From contig OX597836.1 of assembly GCA_951406725.2 (NCBI GenBank), positions 7,254,001 to 7,318,000 on the forward strand: a DNA stretch of 64,000 nucleotides, in the 5' to 3' direction. This DNA is from Octopus vulgaris (taxonomy: Eukaryota). The position numbers and the translations under genes are program-made. The stretch's first letter is position 1, and each line of letters begins with the position of its first letter. This document shows positions 13,025-26,349 of the stretch, one piece after another. The notes beneath the pieces are model-generated. The model was not told the origin of the DNA. It made no database searches and was given only the letters and a program-made list of their open reading frames with translations.

Positions 13025-13569
13025 CGAGGGTGAGTCAAAAAGTAATGCCATTTTGTTTAGGAAAGGTATAATTACCAACACAGGAACATGTATCGTACAT
13101 CAAAATGAAGCTGGTCCTCTGTGGGTCACATTCCTACTGCTCAATATGGTCACCGTGTTTCTCCCAACAGCAATGATCCACCATCCAGCAAGAGCATGTA
13201 TCCCTGCCCCGTAAAATTCTGTTGAATGTTCTTTGAGCCACTTCTTCACTACAGTTTTCACTTCCTCGTCACTGGACTATCATCTCTTTGGCCCCATGAA
13301 ACAAGGTTTGAGAGGCAAACATTATTCCAGTGACAAGGAAGTGAAAACTGTAGTGAAGAAGTGGCTCAAAGAACAGTCAACAGAATTTTACGGGGCAGGG
13401 ATACATGCTCTCATTCGAAGGTGGAACATTGCTATTGAGAGAAACTATGTTGAGAAGTAGGGATGTGATCCACAGAGGACCAGCTTCATTTTGATGCATG
13501 ATACATGTTCCTGTGTTGGTAATTATACCTGTCCTAAACAAAATGGCATTACTTTTTGACTCACCCTCG
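13025..13569. mobile_element. Fold-back mariner derivative made of two inverted 3' ends
   Basis: TA flanks; arms 13025-13276 and 13326-13569 are reverse complements; the right half encodes DYHLFGPMKQGLRGKHY...RRWNIAIERNYVEK*, typical of a mariner transposase C-terminus. Confidence 0.92.
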
Positions 13570-13651
13570 TATATATATATATTTTGTTGTTAAAATTCCA
13601 GCGACAAAGATTAATTCTGGATTCCTCCCCTCCCTCCCCAGTATACTCTCT

Positions 13652-13883
13652 CTCTTTTTACTATTTTACTTGTTTCAGTCATTTGACTGTGGCCATGCTG
13701 GAGCACCAACTTTAGTCGAGCAGATCGACCCCAGGACTTATTCTTTGTAAGCCTAGTACTTATTCTATCGGTCTCTCTAGCCGAACCGCTAAGTTACGGG
13801 GACGTAAACACACCAGCATCGATTGTCAAGCGATTTTGGGGGGACAAACACAGACACACAAACATATATACACACACATACAT

Positions 13884-13964
<81 letters not shown>

Positions 13965-14220
13965 TGGTTATCAGTAATAATAAAGGGTGAAATTAATTAA
14001 TTAGGGATAATTATCAATTACACCGGTGAAATCGGCTTTATATATACATATATATATACGACGGGCTTCTTTCAGTTTCCGTCTACCAAATCCACTCACA
14101 AGGCTTTGACGGCCTGAGGCTATAGTAGAAGACACTTGCCCAAGGTGCCACGCAGTGGGACTGAACCCGAAACCATGTGGTTTGTAAGCAAGCTACTTAC
14201 CACACAGCCACTCCTACGCC
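13652..14220 (-). mobile_element. SINE family A, full-length with expanded central TA/CA repeat
   Basis: Reverse complement of the 34101 copy from head to tail. Confidence 0.9.
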
Positions 14221-14474
14221 TTGTTCATGAATTTAGATTTGCAATATTATCCCTTTATTTCCCATCTAAGATGGGCAGATTCCTAAAAAGATTCCACTCA
14301 CACATTCACAGCAAACAAGGCACAGGACCAGACTTTAGGTCGTGTGGGTGTATTTTTACCTACTCCGACATTTACACGTGGTCAGTTTTACGTCACAATG
14401 AGAAGAGCAACAGACGCCAATAATTTGGAAACGGAAAATATTGTCTACAAAGAAGTTTTGTAATTGTATTGATA

Positions 14475-14778
14475 TTATCGAAAGGAATATGTTCCACTTC
14501 CTGATGTTTCTTGATGCTTCTTTCTTCCAACCACTTCCATCAGGCTTGACATCAGCATCATCATTCTTCTTCTTCTTCTTCCTCCGTTTCTTTTCCCTTC
14601 AATCTTTCCGGTCATTGTTAAATTCTCCAGGTCCTCTTTCCTCATCACGTGACCAAGAAACCTCAGTTGCTTGGCTCTTATCTCACAAAGCAGTTTCCTA
14701 TTTACCACCACAGCCAGGATCATCACTTCTTCTTTAAACACTTTGTCAGTCCATCCCATCCTCAATATCTTCCTTATA
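14475..14778 (-). pseudogene. RTE-clade LINE ORF C-terminal fragment
   Basis: RKILRMGWTDKV..EEV...KQLRFLGHVMRKEDLENLTMTGKIEGKRNGGRRR matches the typical RTE post-RT C-terminal motif (W+D+V+NEEV; L++FGH+MR; G++EG+R RGRP). Confidence 0.85.
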
Positions 14779-14779
14779 T

Positions 14780-14992
14780 ACACACTGAAAAGTCCTTGGT
14801 TTTGGATAAAAGAAAATACAGGAGGATCAGTCAATTATGATTTTATCCAACATATTCCCCTCTCAGATTCACACACTTATTGCAGCAGCCCTTCAGTTTT
14901 TCTGAGTCCTGTAAAAGAACTCAGAAGGTTGGGCCTCCAGCTAGGCCTTTCGTGATACCCTTAAGGCCCAAAACTTTTCAGTACCACCTCAT
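14780..14992 (-). mobile_element. Mariner-derived MITE, degenerate copy
   Basis: Reverse-complement similarity to 31950-32168 over its length. Confidence 0.75.
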
Positions 14993-15051
14993 GAGTTAAG
15001 TTCTTTAACCCTCGGCAATGGAGTAAAGGGTCACTGCTAAAGATTAATAAA

Positions 15052-15296
15052 ATCAGTTGTCAAGCGATGTTGGGGGGACAAACACAGACACAAACACACA
15101 TACACATACGTATATATACATATACATATATACGACGGGCTTCTTTCAGTTTCCATCTACCAAATCCACTCACAATGCTTTGGTCAGCCTGAGGCTATAG
15201 TAGAAGACACTTGCCCAAGGTGCCACGCAGTTGGACTGAACCCAGAACCATGTGGTTGGTTAGCAAGCTACTTACCACACAGTCACTCCTGCGCCT
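15052..15296 (-). mobile_element. SINE family A, 5' two thirds
   Basis: Matches the 34101 copy. Confidence 0.85.
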
Positions 15297-15885
15297 ATAT
15301 ATATTTTTCATTTTCATCTAGTTTCAGCTCATGAACTGTGGCCATGCTGGGGCACCGCCATTTGGTTTGCAATATTCCTGCATTGTTTGGATTAGCTCAT
15401 CCTTTTATACTTGTTCTTGTATAAATTCTGCTTTCCAGTGCAACAGCAGTAAGGAATGCTCAATCCAAAAGATTGACGGTTCAAATCTACACACTTCTGA
15501 CTGATCCTCCTAACATCTCCTAAAAATCCAATTTTCCATGCTTGCATGGGATATGCGAGGGAAGATTTTCTGGAAATTACGTAGAGCTTGGAAGTGGGAT
15601 GATTCCCTGGAAGGAGGAGGAGGAGGAGGACGGATAATGTCTTTATTGGAATCATTGATATCAGACACCGAAAGCAGAGTAAGGTGAAACAGATACAGCT
15701 ATTATGGCATATTTAAAAGATTTCACACTGAGATGTGAATGCGAGATTCATGTGTACTTTTATCAGTCATGTTCTGGCTGTTTCTACTTTTATAATCATG
15801 TCATATTTCAAAACACACACACATATATATATATAAATGTATGTGTGTATGTTCATGTGTGCGTGTGTATACATATATATGTGTG

Positions 15886-15930
<45 letters not shown>

Positions 15931-15934
15931 CTGT

Positions 15935-16162
15935 TGTTGTTTCAGTCGTTTGACTGTGGCCATGCTTGAGCACTGCCCTTAGTCGAGCAAATCGACCCCC
16001 AGGACTTATTCTTTGTAAGCCTAGTACTTATTCTATCAATCTCTTTGCCGAACTACTAAGTTACGCGAATGTGAACACACCAACATAGTGATGGTGAGGG
16101 AACAAACATAGACACGGAAATACAGATAGAGAGAGAGAAAGAGACAAACAGACAGCAGACAG

Positions 16163-16195
<33 letters not shown>

Positions 16196-16392
16196 TAGAG
16201 ATATATAGGTATAGATATGTATGTGTGTGTGTATATACACACACACAACAGGCTTCTTTCAGTTTCCATTTACCGAATCCTCTCACAAGGTTCTGGTCGG
16301 CCCAAGGCTATAGTAGAAGACACTTGCCCAAGGTGTCACGCAGTGGGATTGAATCTAGAACTATGTTGTTGGGAAGCAAGCTTCTTACCACA
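15935..16392 (-). mobile_element. SINE family A with (GACA)n centre
   Basis: Matches the 34101 copy on both sides of the microsatellite. Confidence 0.85.
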
Positions 16393-16401
16393 AGGAGTGT
16401 G

Positions 16402-16443
<42 letters not shown>

Positions 16444-16732
16444 AAATTATGTAATGAACCACATTAGCTTACAGCTGTTTCTGCTACACGAGGCAATGCA
16501 CTCATAGTTGCATCTTGTAGCAGTTAATGCAATTCCACATACTATTCTCCTGAAGCATATGTATATCAAGTTGTACAATGAGACTTGGCTATCAGACCAC
16601 ACAGTAACTCACTACAGAGGAGCATAATGCAGAGATGAAGCATTCATGTTACCATAATGTTCTGATGATCTGATGAGCTAGCCTTCTTTAATTGCACTGA
16701 TTTGTAAATATACAACTGTACTGTATAATCCT

Positions 16733-16942
16733 TTCTACTGGAAGGCACAAGGTCTCAAATTTGTTGGGTGGGGACTAGTCAATTATATCGACCCCAGTGT
16801 TTCACAGGTACTTAATTTATCGACCCTGAAAGAATGAAAGGCAAAGTCGACCATGGCAGAATTTGAACTCAGGACGTAGCGGCAGACAAAATATCGCTAA
16901 GCATTTCATCGAGCGTGCTAACAATTCTGCCAGGCCACTGCT
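16733..16942 (-). mobile_element. tRNA-derived SINE family B (Meta-domain-like centre)
   Basis: Minus strand GCCTGGCAGAATTGTTAGCAC...GAGTTCAAATTC...CTTTGCCTTTCATTCTTTCAGGGTCGATAAATTAAGTACC; about 12 related copies. Meta-domain assignment is from memory. Confidence 0.8.
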
Positions 16943-17501
16943 TTACAATCTTATTGCATAATGCTTGGGATACATATTAGTCATGACATGTAAACATAAT
17001 TTATTATATACTGAAAGTTTTACTACATGATAAAGGTTGTGAAACAGCTACAATCATAAGATTTGACAAGTCGTTAAATAAATATATTAATTTCGTCATA
17101 TATCCTGACATTTTATGGTTTATATATATGTATATAATCACCATTTAACGTCCTTTTTCTTAACGCTGGCATATAATACCATTTGTGTATCACAAGACAC
17201 ATCCCAAGGTATCTTGCAGTAGACACTGATATGTGTCATAGAGGAGTGCACTTCATAAATAAAACGAGGACATGTAAAAAGATATTCTCACATGCAAGAC
17301 AAGAGTCGGATATGGAAAGCAAATACTTCTAGTAGTGTATCAAAAGGCTCCAAGTGACATTGAATTTCTAAGAAAGTGAAACAAGAATAAGAATAGTACT
17401 TGTAAGAAAAAGTGGAAAACCAGTGCCACAAGTCATTTTTAGGTCATGCATTATCATTATCATCATTTAATGTTAGTCTTCGATGCTGGCATGGGCTAGA
17501 G

Positions 17502-17896
17502 CACTGGTTCCTGAAGTGGGTGGGACCACATGGGCTAGATCGCTGGTTCCCGAACTGGGTGGTACCACATGGGCTAGATCACTGGTTCCTGAAGTGGGTG
17601 GTACTACATGGTCTAGATCCCTGATTCCCGAAGTGGGCGGTACCACCCCTCACTCTAGAGACAGTGGAAAGATCCAGGGGGTGGCCTTGAAGAAAGATGA
17701 GGTGATAATGGATGACAAAACGGGTCAATGGATGCCAAGAGAAAAAACAAAATAAGGGTTAATTAGGTCAAGACTTATTTGTGAAATACTGCTGTTTTTT
17801 TCAATTTGCTGCAGAAAATGATATGTGTCCATGATAGTGAGGGGTGCGGCCTGAGAACCAAGGGGGCAGCAGCCTGAAGAAGTTTGGGAACCGCTG
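17502..17896. mobile_element. hAT-type MITE whose left end plus TSD is repeated 4 times (39-bp period)
   Basis: Left C(A/G)CTGGTTCC(C/T)GAA, right AAGTTTGGGAACCGCTG; 8-bp TSD GGCTAGA(G/T) at 17494-17501 and 17897-17904. Confidence 0.8.
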
Positions 17897-18750
17897 GGCT
17901 AGATGGATCAACAGGAGCCAACAGGCCAGAGGGGAAGAATACCGCAGAGATGGAAAGAATGCTACAAAGCATCCTATGCAATGTTGTAATGTATGTGTGT
18001 GTGTGTGTATGTGTATGAATATGTGTATTTTTTTATATGTATGTATGTGTATTTTTGCGTGTGCATATATATATATATATATGTGTGTGTGTGTATGTAT
18101 ATATGCATGTGTGTGTATGTGTTTATATGTGTGTGTGTATATGTGTATGTATATATGTGTGTGTGTATTTGTATATATGTAAATGTGTGTGAGCATGTAT
18201 GTGTGTGTGTGTGTGTACATATGAATGTATGTATGTGTTTGTGAGTGTCTGTGTGTGTGTGTACTCATCTATTTATGTATATTGACTTACATGTAGATGT
18301 ATGTATATATATGCTGTTCACATGTATATTTATATATGTATTTATACTCATATGACTGGTAGAGAGCAATGGACATGTGTCTGGACATCACCTCCACCAA
18401 CCCTACCACCACCACCACCACCAACACCGTCACTCCCCCTCCCACCACCACCACCACCACCACCCAAATCACTTACCCCATCTCTCACCACCACCACCTT
18501 ACCAATATTGTGGTTGTCAGAAGAATGTTTTCAGTTCTCAGGGTTTACGATTACTTCATCCTTAACTTCCACAAATAATATACTAGGTTTCCGGTGGGTG
18601 GGGGTAGGCACTTAGGATAATGGTGGGAGTAGTAGTCTTAGTAATAGTAGTAGTAGTAGTAGTAGTTCACTCTTTCATTCTTAACCTCACCACCACCACA
18701 TTCATTCACACACACACATACATACATACACACACACACACATATATATA

Positions 18751-18986
18751 GTTAGTTAATCCAAACATGAAAACACAAAAAGAAAACACAACAACGCGAG
18801 GACGTGGAACAAGTATAGTATTATTGGACGCTCAGGAAGGAAGGGAAGAAGGAAGGTTTAACGTTTCGAGCGGAGCTCTTTGTCGGAAACATAGGAGAAG
18901 GTAAGATCCAGAGAAGGGAAGACAGAGGAAAGAAAATCGCCAACGGTACACACGAGGTCACATTTTGAAACACGAGGTCACATTTT
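18751..18986 (-). mobile_element. Short Penelope-like element with hammerhead-like motif
   Basis: Sister of 1686-1895; minus strand GTTT-CCGACAA-A-GAGC-TCC-GCTC-GAAA-CG-TT-AAAC (18856-18890); terminal ACACGAGGTCACATTTT is duplicated. Confidence 0.55.
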
Positions 18987-19335
18987 ACATTATTGTGATG
19001 AGTTATTCTGTACTTTGTTGATTGTGACTTTGAAGTTTTGGTTGGTTAAGCCATCGTCGGACTGCAGTGTCCGAAACAGTGATGTCAGTGTCAATAGAGG
19101 GTAAAGACCCCCTTCGGATGGATGGATGTAAGTATGTGCATATGCATATGTGTAGATGCATATGCATGCTTGCACACCTATACACATGTATGTATGTTAT
19201 GTATGTGTGCACATATGTATCTATGAACTCATGTATATATGTATGTGACTATTTAGGTATGTAAGTGTGTAGATGTGTGTGTGTATATGTATATGTACAT
19301 GTGAACGTATATTTTTGTACTGATATATTTGTCTG

Positions 19336-19397
<62 letters not shown>

Positions 19398-19405
<8 letters not shown>

Positions 19406-19602
19406 CATGATGGATCGTTAGCTCCTACATGCATTTTTTTCTCTCCTTGTTTCTTTTCTGTGTATCTTTCTGTCGAAGAGCGTAGGCTCGAAACGTAAAA
19501 GACTTGTTCTATTTCTATTCCTGAGCGCCATACTAATACATTTGTTTGTTTGTACTCCACCTGCCTTCGTCTTTTGTTTATTTTAATAAAGCTTCCCGTT
19601 AT
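19398..19602 (+). mobile_element. Short Penelope-like element with hammerhead-like motif inside a (TA)n tract
   Basis: TCTTT-CTGTCGA-A-GAGC-GTAG-GCTC-GAAA-CG-TA-AAAGA (19465-19502); shares the downstream TTCCTGAGCG..CCA.TA motif with the 1.7 and 18.8 kb elements. Confidence 0.6.
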
Positions 19603-20118
19603 TTATATATATATATATATAGGAAACAGTGGACAAAGGTTGGTGTTAGGAATGAAATTCAGCCATAGAGCCCATATCAAAACAGACAATGCAAGCTTGG
19701 TGTGGCTCCGGTCAAACTGTCCAACCCATGCCAGCATGGAAAAACAGACATTAGAAGATGATGATGATGATGACGATGATGATTGTGGAAGGCCAGCAGT
19801 GTTGAAGGGAGCAGGGACTTGAGTGGTTGATCCTGGGGTTAAACAACAAGGACAAAACAGAAAAATTTTTAAACAAAAAAAGAAGAGTAAAAGAAGAAAA
19901 AAACAACCATGAAAACTAAATATATACGAAATTGGCCAAGTTCTCACAGCAAAGTGTCAAACGCTCAGCCATTAAGACGCTTCCTTCATCTTCAGAAACG
20001 GTCAGCAAGTCTCCAAGACTTTGAAAGAGTCTGACTTCACACTTTGTTTCGTGATTTCTTTGTTATTGTTTTTGGTGCAAAGGCAGAGATATGATACAAC
20101 TAAAGTGACATGCACACA

Positions 20119-20159
<41 letters not shown>

Positions 20160-20224
20160 TGTGTGAATGCGATTGTGCGTGTGTATATGCCAGCATAGAT
20201 ATGCAATACACATGTGTATATATA

Positions 20225-20320
<96 letters not shown>

Positions 20321-20844
20321 TATATATATACACACACACAAACACACACACATATGTAGCTCACAGACAAACACTTCAAGTATCCAATTATGATAAATGT
20401 GTGTGCATGTGTGTAAGTATATAAGTATATATATGTATATATATATATATATATGTGTGTGTATATGTGGATGTGTGTGTGTATGTATTATATATATATG
20501 TATGTTGTGTATATATATATATATACATGATGTGAGTATTTGTACGTGCATGCATGTGTGTGTGTGTGTGTGTACACATACATACTCATACACCCATACA
20601 CGCACTATTACACTGACCCACAGTCCTTATTATACACAGTCTTCCGTCCGCTTACATTTCACTCTGAGAACTGAGAACCCTTCAATTCGTCTTTAAATTA
20701 GGAAGTAAAAAGAGAGGCAAGCAAAAATCACAACCTGCACTACACCAGAAACCAGCCACTAAATGGTCACTCGATTTGCTAGAAATAGCAGTCAAATCTC
20801 TCTCAAATTGTATTGCACTGACTTAAAAGAAATAAATAATGACT

Positions 20845-21066
20845 GGTTTTAAATTCTAGTACGGGGACAGCAGTTTCTGAAAAGGGACGGAGAAGTCAGT
20901 TACATTAAGTCTAGTACTTGACCGTAGCTTATTTTATTGACTCCCACCCCCACCCGAAAGGATGAAAGGCAAAATTGACCTCAGCAGAATTTGAACTCAG
21001 AACATAAAGACAGAGAAAATACTGCTAAGCATTTTGTCCAGCATGCTAACAATTCTGCCAGCTCAC
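20845..21066 (-). mobile_element. SINE family B
   Basis: CGAAAGGATGAAAGGCAAAATTGACCTCAGCAGAATTTGAACTCAG...TTCTGCCAGCTC on the + strand. Confidence 0.8.
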
Positions 21067-21113
21067 AGCCTTAATAATAATGAAAACAAAAAGGCACCAG
21101 AGATGCAAGAAGC

Positions 21114-21158
<45 letters not shown>

Positions 21159-21159
21159 G

Positions 21160-21448
21160 TATCATCATCATCATCATCATAATTGTTTAATGTCCACTTT
21201 CCATGCTAGCATGGGTTGAACGATTTGACTGAGGGCTGGTGAACCAGGCTCCAATCTTGATCTGGCAGAGTTTCTACAGCTGGATGCCCTTCCTAATGCC
21301 AACCACTCTGAGAGTGTAGTGGGTGTTTTTACATTCCACTGGCACGAGGGCCACTCAGGCGGTACTGGCAACGACCATGCTCAAATGGTGCTTTTTATGT
21401 GCCACCTGCACAGGAGCCAGTCCAGTGGCACTGACAACAACCTCACTC

Positions 21449-21450
<2 letters not shown>
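21160..21450 (-). mobile_element. Family D retroposon 3' portion
   Basis: (CAT)n tail plus CTGGATGCCCTTCCTAATGCCAACCAC block. Confidence 0.8.
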
Positions 21451-21496
<46 letters not shown>

Positions 21497-21508
21497 ATAT
21501 ATACACCC

Positions 21509-21544
<36 letters not shown>

Positions 21545-22268
21545 GGGTGTGTCTTCTGTGTCAGTGTTTGCCCTCTAGAACATCGCTTGACAACTGATGC
21601 TGGTGTGTTTACATCCCTGTAACTTAGCAGTTCAGCAAAAGAGACCGATAGAATAAGCACCAAGCATACAAAGAATAAGTCCTGGGGTCAAGTTGCTCGA
21701 CTAAATGCAGTGCTCCAGCATGGCTGCAGTCAAATGACTGAAACAAGTAAAAGAATAAAAGAAATGTAGGACCATTGGATTAGATGCCTCACAGGTATTT
21801 AGCCCAGCAGTTTCCAAGATCAAATACCACTGAGGTCAACTTCACCTTTGCCCTTCATCGTTTCTGGATCAAGAAAAAAAAAAACATTCACATGTACAAC
21901 CATCAAATTGGATGCCTTGCAGGTATTTGTCCCAGATGTTTCCGTTCTGAATTTGGTCCCATAGCAAGGCACCCTTGTGCAAGTGTTTTCTGCTCTAGCC
22001 GTCACTGACCAATGCATTGTGAGTGAATTTGGTAGATGGAAACTGAAAGAAGCCTGTGTTATGTGTGTGTGTGTGTGTTTGGTCTCCGCCATCACCACTT
22101 GACAACCAATGTTGGTTTGTTTATGTCCCTGTAACAGAGTGCTTCAGCAAAAGAGCTCGATAGAATAATTGCCAGACTTAAGCACTGGGCTCAATTTGTT
22201 TGACTAAAACCTTCAAGGTTGGTGCCCCAGCTTGGCCACAGCCTAATGACTGAAACAAGTAAAAGATA
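21545..22268 (+). mobile_element. Two SINE A copies (3' half 21545-21762; degenerate copy ~21925-22268) around a SINE B fragment
   Basis: Both end in ATGACTGAAACAAGTAAAAGA. Confidence 0.75.
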
Positions 22269-22691
22269 CACACACATGTATGCATGAACATACATACACA
22301 CTAACACACATACATACATGCATGCATGCACACATATACGTACACAAACTCACACACTTGAATTCTTAGTTTAACCCCCCCAAAAATCATCAATCATTGA
22401 AAAGATGAGATAATATAATACACCTTCCATGAGGAAAAAGGGATGAGAGATAAAGAGGGAGGGCCAAGTTGTGTTGTTGAGGGCAGGGGTTCCCAACTAG
22501 GGTTGCCTGCACTCCCTGGAGATGTGACAAACACGATAAGCAAATACTTTATCATAATCACCTTCCAGAATTAAATTATTCTTTTATCATTAATCTTTTA
22601 TCTTTAACCTTTCATCTTTTACTTACTTCAGTCATTGGATAGCCACCATGTTGGGCCAGCGTACCAACAAGACCATACGGGTTAATATATG

Positions 22692-22875
22692 TTTAAGTAT
22701 AATTATAATAAAGGGCGCTGAAGTGACAATGTCTGTATGCTAGAAATAGATGCCAAATGGATGACAAACCACTTCTAATAACTTAAGTGGCTTGGAGTCC
22801 GTTTGGCGTCTATTTCTAGTGTACAGATGTTGTCACTTCATCGCCCTTTATTATATTTTTATAATTATACTTAAA
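22692..22875 (+). repeat. Long imperfect inverted repeat (~85-bp arms, 10-nt loop)
   Basis: TTTAAGTATAATTATA..TAAAGGGCG..CCACTT pairs with AAGTGG..CGCCCTTTA..TATAATTATACTTAAA. Confidence 0.9.
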
Positions 22876-22877
22876 TA

Positions 22878-23310
22878 TCATCATCATCGTTTAACGTCCG
22901 TTTTCCATACTGGCATGAGTTGGACAGTTTGACTGGGGTCTGGTAAGACTCAAGGCTGCACCAGGCTCCAATCTGATCTGGCAATGTTTCTACAGTTGGA
23001 TGCCCTTCCTAACACCAACCATTCTGAGAGTGTAGTGGGTACTTTTTATGTGCCACCGGCACAGGAGCAAGACAGGGCAAGGGGGCTGGCATCAGCCACG
23101 TTAGGATGGCACTTTTTATGTGCCACCAGCACAGGGAGCCAGTCATGCGGCACTGGCAACATCCAAAGCATGAAGGGTGTTTATTGCAAGCCACCAGAAT
23201 GGGAGCCAGTCAGGCAGCACTGGCATCATTTGATTTTCATTTTGATTTTGATGTACTTGACTCAATAGGTCTCCTCAAGTATGGCATATCGCCTGACAAT
23301 CCTAAGGTAC
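22878..23310 (-). mobile_element. Family D retroposon
   Basis: Same blocks as 1356-1680 and 35422-35820. Confidence 0.8.
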
Positions 23311-23337
23311 TTTTAAATATAAATATATATATATATA

Positions 23338-23507
23338 TCTTTTATTCTTTTACCTGTTCCAGTCATTTAACTGCAGCCATGCTGGAGCACTGCCTTTAGT
23401 CGAACAAATTGATCCCAGGACTCTCTCTTTTGCCAAAACACTAAGTTACAGGGAACGTGAACACACCAACATCGGCTGTCAAGCAATGGTGGGGGGTACA
23501 AACACAG

Positions 23508-23540
<33 letters not shown>

Positions 23541-23698
23541 CGACAGGCTTCTTTCAGTTTCCGTCTACCAAATCCACTCACAAGGCTCTGGTTGGCCCAA
23601 GGCTATAGTAGAAGACACTTGCCCAAGGTGCCACGAAGCGGGACTGAACCCGGAGCCATGTGGTTGGTAAGCAAGCTACTTACCACACAGCCACTCCT
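23338..23698 (-). mobile_element. SINE family A, near full-length
   Basis: Reverse complement of the 34101 copy. Confidence 0.88.
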
Positions 23699-23765
23699 AT
23701 AAATATATATATACATACATACATACATATGTGTGTATATACATACATACATACATACATATGTG

Positions 23766-23803
<38 letters not shown>

Positions 23804-24086
23804 CATACATACATATGTGTATATACATAATATATATACACATGCACACACACACATACATGGCAGGCTTTCACAAAGTTTCTCTCAACTAAATTAATTA
23901 ATAAGGCACTGAGTCAGCAGTGGGCTATAATAGAAGACACTTGCCCAAGGTGCCACCCAGTGTGGCACTAAATACAAAACCATGTCAATCGTATGTTCAA
24001 CAGAATTATTTTACTTCAGAATTGAAACAGAAAGAGCAAAAGACAAAAAAAAAAAAAAAGAACCCCCCCAAAAAATAAACGTGTAA

Positions 24087-24117
<31 letters not shown>

Positions 24118-24339
24118 AAAAAGGAACAAAATGTCTACGAGTGAGGAATTCTGTTTGGTTTTTGTTTGAGTAAATAGGCAAAACGAGCAAGAATTGCACC
24201 CTTTTATGTGCACAAATCAACATCCAACATTCCTGCAATTCCAAAGAGAAAGACTACAATGAAAGAACCGGAGATAAATTCAAGATAATGATTACGTGTG
24301 GGGGTGGGGGCGGGGGCAGAGGGGGTGTCTATATTATTT

Positions 24340-24978
<639 letters not shown>

Positions 24979-25398
24979 CACGTACAGATGTAAGAAAAAT
25001 TCTAAGACATCATCCTTTTTTCATTACATACTTTCGTCAGAGGTTTTGCTTTCGAGAGAAAGCCGAAAGCCGGGGTGTATTTTTGTGCTGTGTGTAGGAG
25101 GAAGGTATCCTATTTTGAGAAGTGAAAGTGAGAGGCTGAAGCGGGGGGGTAGGGGAGCGGGGTTAGGGAAGAAGAGTTAGTTCATTCTGACAGCCACCCC
25201 TCCGTCTACACCATCTCCACCGCTACCTCTACCACCACCACCACCACCCACTGGCGTCATCCATCAACAGATTCCTTCCTTATTTTCGATGTGTGTGTGG
25301 GGGAGGGAGATAAGGGGGTTGGGGTGGGGGTGGTATGATATCTCATTATCTCATATCAAAACCCTAAAATATATTCACAGCAGAAATATTTATATAGA

Positions 25399-25602
25399 GG
25401 TGGCGATGATGCTGATGATGATGATGGTGGTGGTGAAAGTGGTGGTGGTGGTGGTGGTGATGGAGGTTGTTGTCACTGTGGCCATCATCATATTGGTATG
25501 GAGCATGGTGGTGGTGAGGGAGATGAGGGGGATGCCGATGATGATGATGATAGTGTTGGTGATGATGATGGTGGTGATGATGACGGTGGTGATGATGGTA
25601 GC

Positions 25603-25641
<39 letters not shown>

Positions 25642-25838
25642 TTTGGCAGTGGTGGTGGTTGAGGGGAGGTAGTGACAGCAACAGCAGCAGCAGTAGTAGT
25701 AGTAGTGGCGGTAGTAGTTATGGTGGTAAGTAGTAGTAGTAGTAGTATTAGTAGTAGTAGTAGTGGTGGTGGTGGTGGTGGTGATAGGAGTAGTAAGTGG
25801 CAGTGGTAGTTATGGTGGTAAGTAGCAGTACTAGTAGC

Positions 25839-25870
<32 letters not shown>

Positions 25871-25920
25871 CAGCAGAAGAAGCAGTTGTAGTTAGTAGCA
25901 GTACCACTACCACTACTACT
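25399..25920. repeat. (GAT/GGT)n grading into (TAG/CAG)n trinucleotide field
   Basis: Read directly. Confidence 0.95.
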
Positions 25921-26349
25921 AACACCGTAACATCCAGTCACCGGTTTGACAGTGGAATCTGATGCTGATAAACTGGAGTTCCTGTAAAAACCCTGCAGAT
26001 AAAAGTTATTCAGAAATTCTTACATTTTCTACAAGTTCCAAAACACAACCCTGGGGGAAGTGAGTCTATTTGGACCAGCTTTTTGTTTATTTTATTCCAT
26101 TCCGGTTCATTTTCTCATTTTTTTTTTCTTATCTTACTTTTTCATTTTTTTTTTTGTAAGAGTGTTATTTAATCCCGTAACCCTTTCACACATTCATAGA
26201 ATATGAAAAGCACCATTCCCATCCTTATTCCTGCATGGACAGGTTTTTTGGGTTTTTTTTTTTTTGGTGAGGGAGGAGATTTTCTTCATTTTTTTTTTTT
26301 GCTGCTATGAAAAAGTACCCTATTTATGCATTAGTCATTGTAAGATACC

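Noticed and set aside
16460-16570. Minus-strand peptides (MLQENSMW / LQDATMSALPR) faintly like Helitron Rep-helicase
   Set aside because: Needs a frameshift and is too short to support without a profile search.
19028-19066. Minus-strand CCGACGA-T-GG..CC-AAAAC hammerhead-like motif
   Set aside because: GAAA box is mutated and there is no stem I.
25160-25170. Telomere-like GGGTTAGGG
   Set aside because: Single unit inside a G-rich patch, not an array.
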